From the sequence record PV231353.1: a stretch of DNA of 64,000 nucleotides; one strand, written 5' to 3'. A program made the position numbers and the translations under genes. Positions within the stretch are counted from its first letter, which is position 1; each line of letters begins with the position of its first letter. Shown in pieces: positions 39,491 to 45,937 of this stretch. The notes below the pieces were generated by a model that was given only the letters and a program-made list of their open reading frames with translations, did not search any database and was not told where the DNA came from.

Positions 39491-39579
39491 TGGAGCTTCG
39501 GGAGGGACTCGAACCCTCATAGGTGTTCCCACCAGCAGAGATTTGCAATCCCGCGCCTAACCTCTCAGTCCACCGAAGC
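39491..39579 (-). tRNA. tRNA-Cys(GCA) with long variable arm
   Basis: 7-bp acceptor GCTTCGG/CCGAAGC, U73, encoded CCA, T-loop TTCGAGT, anticodon loop TTGCAAA, variable stem GGTG-GGAA-CACC. Confidence 0.9.
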
Positions 39580-39626
39580 ACAAAAGGACCTCGACGCCCG
39601 AAGGCCCGAGGTCCGATCCGTAACCA

Positions 39627-39754
39627 GGGGAGGGCCGTAGCTGTCCCCTGACCCTGAACGACAGGTGGCGGGCTTGGTCGTCATCCCGTCAGGCTCGCGG
39701 CGCCGCTCGCCTGAACCGCCGATATGCCACGAGGGCAGTGATCCGCAGGTCCCC
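39627..39754. ncRNA. ~128-nt rod-shaped RNA, 6S-like candidate
   Basis: GGGGA/TCCCC ends, stem-bubble-stem architecture, GTCCCCTGA and CCTGAACC blocks; hairpins on both sides; strand unresolved. Confidence 0.35.
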
Positions 39755-39763
39755 ATAAATAGC

Positions 39764-39798
39764 AAAAAGGCCACGATCCGCGAGGACCGTGGCCTTTT
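39764..39798. terminator. Bidirectional terminator
   Basis: aaaaaggccacg...cgtggcctttt. Confidence 0.85.
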
Positions 39799-39804
39799 CG
39801 TTTT

Positions 39805-40676
39805 CCGATGGGCTGAGACTACACCCATCAGCAATCCCGCTTCGAGGATTATTCCCCAGGTGCGACCCCAGGTATTCCCTCGACGTCCACCAGACCCCTT
39901 GCGGTAGTCCAGTCCGAGATCATCGCCGCCGTTCTTGCGCACCCCGAAGGGATTGCGGGTCTGGCGTTTGACCCATCATGGCGAACTACTCGACAGTTCC
40001 TTCCCCGCTGGGCTTGCGACCCACTCACCGGCGCTAACCGGCTGACGAAGCTCTTCCTATCGACACCTCGCGGGCTTGCGACCCTTGAGATGACTCCGTT
40101 ACCCGAAGGCCGGAGCATTTGGCGACTTACGTCCGCCACTGGACCAGTCTTTGCGTTTTTCATCGAAGCGGGGATTGAACCCGCGACCGACAGCTTAAGA
40201 GGCTGTTGCACTACCACTGTGCTATTCGCAAACCCACCAAGACGTGCTGGTCCAGTTGTTCCCAGAGCTTTTGACCCCAGAAATGCAACACGCCTCATAT
40301 CTTTCGCCTTGCGGGCTACTCGACTGCTCTTCAGGACCCCGTCTCCCCCAACCTTTCGGCCAGGATGCCCAGCACCCCTCGAACTGAAGCAAAGCTCTTC
40401 ACCGCGAAGTGTCGAACCCTGCAACCCAAACGGTTATCCGTACTCCCTAGACACGCTTGCACGGGATAGTCCGCTTGCGACGGACTGGCGGTTAAAGCCT
40501 CGGAGTTACCCCGGCCCCGCCTTGTCTCCCACGGTCTTCAGGTCTATCCCCTTTTGCAAGAGGCGGCCAGCTTCCCAGCCCGGACCCGTCGGCTTCCTCT
40601 GTCCTCTTGCGAGGTCGGGCGGCCTATGGGAGACCGTCCCTGTCACCCCGTCGCCGGGGCTTTCGTCAGAAGCGAC
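39805..40676 (-). ncRNA. GOLLD-like giant ornate RNA
   Basis: About 870 nt between a promoter and a terminator; many GNRA-capped hairpins on the minus strand; 3' blocks GAGUAGUUCG, AGGGAAUACC, GAAUAAUCC, GUGUAGUCUCAGC; tRNA body inserted in the middle. Confidence 0.7.
40161..40231 (-). tRNA. tRNA-Lys(CUU)-like body embedded in the GOLLD-like RNA (degenerate acceptor, no CCA)
   Basis: Intact D arm GCAC/GTGC, anticodon arm ACAGC-CTCTTAA-GCTGT, T arm GCGGG-TTCAATC-CCCGC; only 4 contiguous acceptor pairs. Confidence 0.8.
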
Positions 40677-40682
40677 GATGAC

Positions 40683-40711
40683 GTTCTAGCGACAGCCAAA
40701 GTCGTCGTCAA
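40683..40711 (-). promoter_or_regulatory. Sigma70 promoter for the GOLLD-like RNA
   Basis: TTGACG-N15-GCTAGAAC on the minus strand, matching the Caulobacter sigma70 consensus. Confidence 0.8.
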
Positions 40712-40767
40712 CGACTTTTTTCGTCTCGCCCTCGAAATTTTTCGACAGTCGTGGGTGACGACAGTGC

Positions 40768-40796
40768 TTGACATTCTCGGAGCCGCGTGCTAGGTG
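40768..40796 (+). promoter_or_regulatory. Sigma70 promoter for tmRNA/tRNA transcript
   Basis: TTGACA-N17-TAGGTG (GCTAGG). Confidence 0.75.
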
Positions 40797-40799
40797 TCG

Positions 40800-41175
40800 G
40801 AAATCGTTGTAATTCGGACAACGGAACTGGCGGCAAGACAGGGGTGCGAATCCCCTCGCCTCCACCATCGACGCCCGGCGCTGGGAGTACGCGACTCCTG
40901 GGCAGGGAGTGTTACCCTGGCGGGCTGCGGCCCGAGCCAAAGGTAGCCGGGCGTCGTTGATGGGGGCGACTAGCTTTCGATTGGCGCTCGGGACTGAAAG
41001 ACGCAACGGTGGGTGACCTCCACATCGGCTTGCCGGTGATCGGGTCAGGCAACAGTAAATGTCGCCGCCAATGACAACGACGTCGTGGCTTTCGCCTCGG
41101 CTCGTGAAGCCATCGCCGCCTAATAAGCGGTAGAGGAGCCCGCCGGGAGCTTGGCAACAGAATCCCGGCAACCCC
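40800..41175 (+). ncRNA. ssrA: Two-piece (permuted) alphaproteobacterial-type tmRNA
   Basis: Acceptor piece ends CGCCTCCACCA (40867); coding piece starts GGGGGCG (40962), giving G3:U70; tag frame 41061-41123 VAANDNDVVAFASAREAIAA*; inter-piece helix CGGCAAG/CTTGCCG. Confidence 0.93.
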
Positions 41176-41304
41176 CTTTCGCAGGCGGGAACACCAACAG
41201 GCGATCTGTCGGGCGACCGATTTCCGATCCGTGTTCCCGTCTTCGAAAGGTGGTCAGGCCTACCCTCTTGGTGTGCTATCCAAGGGTCTGGCCACTTTAC
41301 AGAA

Positions 41305-41383
41305 CGCGGGGTAGAGGAGTCCGGTTGTCCTCGTCTGGCTCATAACCAGGAGATCGTGGGTTCAAATCCCACTCCCGCTCCCA
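41305..41383 (+). tRNA. tRNA with CAU anticodon (Met; fMet-like C1:U72 mismatch)
   Basis: Cloverleaf, anticodon loop CTCATAA, encoded CCA; lacks the three consecutive anticodon-stem G-C pairs of initiators. Confidence 0.9.
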
Positions 41384-41388
41384 ATGCG

Positions 41389-41651
41389 AACGCCGGCTGT
41401 TGAGAACGACGGCGTGACAAGCTCGGAGAGAACGAGCACTCCAGTCCGGGGTATGAGGCCGGACTAGCGGACGCCGTAGCGATTGCAGGCGTGACACCCG
41501 GAGATAGCGGGACCGATTTTCCAGGCTCCATGCCCGGCGCGTCGGGGGCGGACAGTTAATCCGCCCGGCGTCAGAGGATGAGGCTAGTTCTCGGCGATGA
41601 AGCTGCGCGCGCAGTGAGAAAGCCAGGGCATGGCGCTTGGAAAGTCGGTTC
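41389..41651 (+). ncRNA. Unassigned structured RNA region (hairpin array plus long multibranch stem)
   Basis: Four or five tandem hairpins at 41389-41505; long stem GACCGATTTTCCA/TGGAAAGTCGGTT and CCATGCCC/GGGCATGG at 41511-41650. Confidence 0.45.
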
Positions 41652-41667
41652 GCGGTTCGTCCGCTAC

Positions 41668-41748
41668 GAGATGGAGATGTCGCCGGTTCGAGTCCGGCAG
41701 GTCCCCCAAAAGGAGGCCTTAGCTCAGTCGGTAGAGCGCTCCTATCCC
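41668..41748 (+). ncRNA. Circularly permuted tRNA-like element (YrlA Y-RNA-like architecture)
   Basis: Order T arm (GCCGG-TTCGAGT-CCGGC), acceptor stem closed by a CCAAAA loop, TA, D arm (GCTC-AGTCGGTA-GAGC), closed by GATGGAG/CTCCTATC. Confidence 0.7.
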
Positions 41749-41754
41749 ACCTTT

Positions 41755-41839
41755 GGTACGGTGGCTCGACAGGTAAGGCATCGGCCTCATAAGCCGAGGG
41801 TTCGTCCCAATCCTGGTTCAAATCCAGGTCGTACCTCCA
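41755..41839 (+). tRNA. tRNA with CAU anticodon (Met or Ile2) and extended variable arm
   Basis: Acceptor GGTACGG/TCGTACC, U73, CCA; anticodon arm TCGGC-CTCATAA-GCCGA; 14-nt variable region GGGTTCGTCCCAAT. Confidence 0.88.
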
Positions 41840-41911
41840 AATTGACGCTTGACCCCAGGCCGCAGGCTGCTAAGCTTCCCCGGTCGGGATCGTCCCGCGT
41901 CCTTTCCAAGG

Positions 41912-41945
41912 TCAAGCCCCCGGAGCCTCGCTTCGGGGGCTTTTC
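41912..41945 (+). terminator. Rho-independent terminator
   Basis: aagccccc-gg...tc-gggggctttt. Confidence 0.8.
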
Positions 41946-42297
41946 AGTTCTTGACCACCCGCAGGCGCCGGGCCTCGTTGGCGCGCTCCTCCGCCGCCAC
42001 GCGCGAGACGTCTTGCAGATGCGCCTTGGCGATCAGGTCGGGCGCGCCCACGGCCCGGAAGGGCACCTTGACGGAGAGGTCAACATAGCGCCGCAAGAGC
42101 GGCTCGAACTCCAGGCCTCGCGCCTGGGCGATCCGCGACAGTGCGCCGGCGACGATCGCCACGACCAGGACGTTGGTCGGTGTCTCCTTGGTCAGGGTCC
42201 AGATGCCCGGTATAGACTGCCCAGGATGAAGTTCCTGCCGCGCCACGTCATCGGCGGCGGCGCGGAAGAGGTTCTCGTAAGGGACGTTTTCGAGCAT
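41944..42297 (-). CDS. Hypothetical protein
   Basis: ATG 42297 with upstream GAGGG; coding-like. Confidence 0.65.
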   Translation of the reverse strand: MLENVPYENLFRAAADDVARQELHPGQSIPGIWTLTKETPTNVLVVAIVAGALSRIAQARGLEFEPLLRRYVDLSVKVPFRAVGAPDLIAKAHLQDVSRVAAEERANEARRLRVVKN

Positions 42298-42376
42298 ACG
42301 ACAACGATAGCGATCTTTTGCCGCCTGTCTACCCTCTACTCTTGATAGTAGTAAAGCCCCGATTTCAACATAAGAG

Positions 42377-42763
42377 CTAAAGCCGTCCGCCGTAATAGTC
42401 CCGCCACATTCCCTCCCAATAGTCGATGTGCTTCTCGGTGCAGTCCGGGCAATACCGACGGTCCCGGTTGGGGTCCTCGCCCTTGCCATCCCAGTGGTAG
42501 CAGGTCATTGAGCCGACCATCCCCAGGCGCCAGAACGTCCCGCAGTGTTCGCATCCCCCAAGGGCGATGTTCTGCATCGTCCGGTGGTGGTTCCACTTGC
42601 AGAGCCAGTTGAACCAGAGTTCATAATAGAGGGCGTCGCGGATGCTGCTGTACTGGGTGAGGCGGACCTGAACGACCTTGCGCCGGCCGTTAGGCTTCAG
42701 GTCGCGGTCATAGGTCGGCCTGTAGAAGACCTTGATCTTCGGGAACCAGCGGCGCTTCTTCAC
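42377..42763 (-). CDS. Hypothetical protein with two CxxC motifs
   Basis: GTG start overlapping helicase stop; 'CEHC', 'CPDC'. Confidence 0.6.
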   Translation of the reverse strand: MKKRRWFPKIKVFYRPTYDRDLKPNGRRKVVQVRLTQYSSIRDALYYELWFNWLCKWNHHRTMQNIALGGCEHCGTFWRLGMVGSMTCYHWDGKGEDPNRDRRYCPDCTEKHIDYWEGMWRDYYGGRL

Positions 42764-44706
42764 GTGTCCATGACCCTTGCGATATTGTCCTCCTTCTCCT
42801 TGGCGGCCTGGGCGATGCGCGCGTCGAGCGAGCCGTTCGCCACCAGGAAGAAGCACATGATTTTCTCGGCCGTCTGCCCGATCCGGCAGGCGCGGTCCTC
42901 GGCCTGCTCGATCAGGGTCGGCGTCCAGTCCCCCTCGGCGAACGCCACGTCGTGCGCCCGCGTCATGGTGAAGCCTACACCGGCGGCCTGGAGGTTGCAA
43001 ACGATGACCCGGCAGGACTCGTCGTCCTGGAACTTGTCGACCTGAAGCTGGCGCTTGTTGACGGGGGTCCCGCCATAGATCATCGCCGGATTGTAATCCG
43101 CCAGCGCCTCGGCGAGCGCCTTGACGACGTCGGAGTGGTAGGCGAACAGGATCAGCTTGTCGCCGCCGTCGAGGAAGTTCTTGACCCAGGGAATGATCGC
43201 CGGGAGCTTGGCCATCCCCAGTTCACGGCGGACGGCGGCGATCTCCTCGAAGAGCACCGCCACGGCCGGCGGCGCGAGCCCCAGCACGGCGGCGGCGTAG
43301 TCGAGATTGAGCGCCCGCGAGTTGGGCTTGTCAGGATCACCGTCCTGTCCCACCGCCTTGTCGAAGCCGTAGCGCTGGGCCGTCTCCAGGATCGACAGAC
43401 CCAGGCGGATGTCGCGCTGGTCCTCGGTCTCGTTCTCGCCGGCCAGCACCGTGGCCTCGTAGAGCTTCAGCGCCTGGGAAAGCTCGTCCTCGCGCGCCAC
43501 GACCTCGCGGATTTCCGGGCTGTCGAGGAGGACGATCTGGCGGAACTTCGGCGGAAGCTCGGGTAGCACCTCGCGCTTGTTCCGCCGCACCATGAAGGTC
43601 GAGCGCAGCCGATAGCCCAGTTCCTCCAGGTTGGAGGCCCCGGTGAAATTGTAGGCGCCGTGCTTGCCACGCGTGTTGTCGAACCAGCCGTCGCAGTAGC
43701 GGTAGCCGAAGTCGTTATAGCTCTTCCCCAGGCCGTCGGGATCGAAGGCCTTGACGATCGACCACATCTCGATCGGGCGGTTCATCATCGGCGTGCCCGA
43801 CAGGAACACGCGGCGCTTGGCGTCGACCGGGTTGAACCAGATGTCGGCCAGCACCGGCTCGCGGTTCTCGGCCTCGGCCTTCTTGATCTCGGCGGCGTTG
43901 GCTTCCTTGCGCTTCTTGCGCACCGCCGCCTTCGAGCGCGCATCCATCTGCTCGCCGCCGAGGATGAAGATCGTGCGCCCGCTGTCGGGGGTCTTGATCG
44001 CGTGACATTCGTCGCAGACCAGGAGGTCCCACGGCTGCTCGTGGATTTCCTTGGAGAAGCGCTCCAGGATGTCGTAGTTGATGATCACGACATCGGTCTT
44101 GGGCCACCAGCGCGGGTGGACGACCTTCTTGAAACGCGGCTTGCCGTTCTTGTAGAAGCCGTCGCGCACGGTCTCGCGATAGCGCGTCTCGGCGATCCCG
44201 ACGCTCAGGCCCTTGCTGCACCAGAGCAGCCATTCGCGCCGCCAGTTCTCCTTCAGCGAGGCGGGGACCACCACCAGCACGCGGCGGATTTTCTTGATCG
44301 CGTTGGAGACGCCAATCGCCTGGATCGTCTTGCCCAGACCCGGCGGATCGGCGATCAGGGTGTCGCGCCGCCCCGGCAGGGTGGCGAAGTCGATCCCGGC
44401 GCGCTGGAAGGGCTTGAAGTCCCAGCCCTTGGCCTCGACCGCCTTGGAGATCGGCGGCCAGAAATCACAGTCGGCCTTGTAGGACAGCGCCCGGCTGATA
44501 TTGGCCAGATGCTCGCGGCGCCCCAGTTCGTCGAGCGCGTTGCTCTTCCAGACCACGCCGGGCACTGCCAGGGCTACGGCCGGGTTGTGGGTGATCAGCG
44601 CCCGGCGCGGCGGGCTCCAGGTGAAGCCGGCCTCCTGGAACCGCTTGCGGTCTTCCCATTCGGTGACGGCCCAGAAGTAGCCGTCGCGATAGTCGATAAA
44701 AGCCAT
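42760..44706 (-). CDS. SNF2/HARP-like helicase
   Basis: 'AD.PGLGKT', 'VPASLK.NW', 'DECH', 'LSGTP..N', 'G.GF...RA', 'QAEDRACRIGQ'. Confidence 0.93.
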   Translation of the reverse strand: MAFIDYRDGYFWAVTEWEDRKRFQEAGFTWSPPRRALITHNPAVALAVPGVVWKSNALDELGRREHLANISRALSYKADCDFWPPISKAVEAKGWDFKPFQRAGIDFATLPGRRDTLIADPPGLGKTIQAIGVSNAIKKIRRVLVVVPASLKENWRREWLLWCSKGLSVGIAETRYRETVRDGFYKNGKPRFKKVVHPRWWPKTDVVIINYDILERFSKEIHEQPWDLLVCDECHAIKTPDSGRTIFILGGEQMDARSKAAVRKKRKEANAAEIKKAEAENREPVLADIWFNPVDAKRRVFLSGTPMMNRPIEMWSIVKAFDPDGLGKSYNDFGYRYCDGWFDNTRGKHGAYNFTGASNLEELGYRLRSTFMVRRNKREVLPELPPKFRQIVLLDSPEIREVVAREDELSQALKLYEATVLAGENETEDQRDIRLGLSILETAQRYGFDKAVGQDGDPDKPNSRALNLDYAAAVLGLAPPAVAVLFEEIAAVRRELGMAKLPAIIPWVKNFLDGGDKLILFAYHSDVVKALAEALADYNPAMIYGGTPVNKRQLQVDKFQDDESCRVIVCNLQAAGVGFTMTRAHDVAFAEGDWTPTLIEQAEDRACRIGQTAEKIMCFFLVANGSLDARIAQAAKEKEDNIARVMDT

Positions 44707-44844
44707 GGGCGCCGCACGTGGTTAACGCGCGGACTGTCGCCCATCACGACACTAGATGTCAAGATTCATGACTTGACCCAAGGCGTTAACCATGTCACGT
44801 TCGCCGCACGGCCGAGAGATCGGCCGGTCACAAGGAGAACTATC

Positions 44845-45144
44845 ATGACCCTGATCGTCAAGATCATGTCGGGCGAGGACCTGCCCGACACCGCGCCCGA
44901 AAAGCGCTTCACCCTCCACGCCGGCGTCAAGTCCTTCCATCCGGTGGTCCAGCCCCCGGAGGTTCCCGGCGGCCAGCCCTACTGCTATGTCCGGCTCTAC
45001 ATCGCCGATCCGGTCAAGACCGCCGCCGTGCCCGGCTTTGTCGAGCATGAGGTCACGGTCGAGGCGCCGGGCAACGTCTACGTGATGAACGAGGCCGGCA
45101 AGACTATCGCCACCTGGACCCCGCCCTGCGGCAAGCCGTACTAG
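44845..45144 (+). CDS. Hypothetical protein
   Basis: AAGGAG RBS, own divergent promoter. Confidence 0.7.
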   Translation: MTLIVKIMSGEDLPDTAPEKRFTLHAGVKSFHPVVQPPEVPGGQPYCYVRLYIADPVKTAAVPGFVEHEVTVEAPGNVYVMNEAGKTIATWTPPCGKPY

Positions 45145-45371
45145 ATTTGCGCAGCGGCTTCCGGGTCTTCCGGATGCCATCCCAAACGTTGAAGGGCGGC
45201 CACGACATCAAGGGCGGGGCCGCCCTTTTTCTCGGTGCCCAGCAGGAGGAAGACGAAGCGCTCGCCCTTGGGCGCCTTGAACGTCGCCCGGAAGGGACCC
45301 ATCTCGGTGTCCATCTCGATCGTGCAGTTGGTCATGGTGGCGCAGTCGCCGGTCTTCATCGCGATCATCAC
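45141..45371 (-). CDS. Hypothetical protein
   Basis: Operonic overlap with upstream gene. Confidence 0.6.
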   Translation of the reverse strand: MMIAMKTGDCATMTNCTIEMDTEMGPFRATFKAPKGERFVFLLLGTEKKGGPALDVVAALQRLGWHPEDPEAAAQI

Positions 45372-45937
45372 GCGGCCTCCTTGATTTCCCGAGCCCGCTC
45401 GGTCCAGATCATCAGGTCGTAGTCGGCCGGGCTCATCCCGGCGCGATCGGCCAGCGCCAGGAAGGCCTCCTCCAGCCGCCGATAGACCTTGGCGTTGCCC
45501 GGCGTGGCCTTGGGGACCTCGATCCCGTGTTCGGCCAGATGCGCCAGGATGTGGGTGTCGAGCGCCGAGAGCCGTTGATCCGCCCGCGAGTGTAGCAGGA
45601 AGAACCGCGCGGTCTTCGGACCCACGCCGGGGATCGCCTCAAAGGCTTCGACCGGATCGTGTCTCAGGTCGAGGTCCAGGCTGTAGGCGAAGCACTTCAG
45701 CAGGCGGTTGTACTGCCCGATGCCGCGCATCTCCATGTTCAGGCGCAAGGTGTCGTAATGTAGCGCCTCGCGCACTTTGTCGAACGGGGAATCTCCCAGC
45801 ATAGTCGAAAGCATCGCTTCGAGCTTGCGAGCCTGGATGTCGGCGGTCTTACCAGCGACGATGCAGCAGAACAGCCAGAATTCCTCCAACTCGGCGTCGG
45901 TGCGGTCGAACTTGGTGACGTTGCGCGGGTCGATCAT
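45368..45937 (-). CDS. HhH-GPD DNA glycosylase-like protein
   Basis: 'IPGVGPKTARFFL' helix-hairpin-helix followed by 'LDTHIL'. Confidence 0.8.
   Translation of the reverse strand: MIDPRNVTKFDRTDAELEEFWLFCCIVAGKTADIQARKLEAMLSTMLGDSPFDKVREALHYDTLRLNMEMRGIGQYNRLLKCFAYSLDLDLRHDPVEAFEAIPGVGPKTARFFLLHSRADQRLSALDTHILAHLAEHGIEVPKATPGNAKVYRRLEEAFLALADRAGMSPADYDLMIWTERAREIKEAA

Noticed and set aside
39491-39579. Selenocysteine or 8/4 allo-tRNA
   Set aside because: Acceptor and T stems are the canonical 7/5 and the anticodon is GCA, not UCA.
41596-41630. Hammerhead ribozyme
   Set aside because: GATGA-stem-GAAA resembles the core, but the required CUGA is CGAU here and stems I/III do not fit.
38814-41821. 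Numerous 60-200 aa ORFs across the RNA island
   Set aside because: No codon bias or RBS; they overlap clear tRNA/tmRNA structures and cross terminators.
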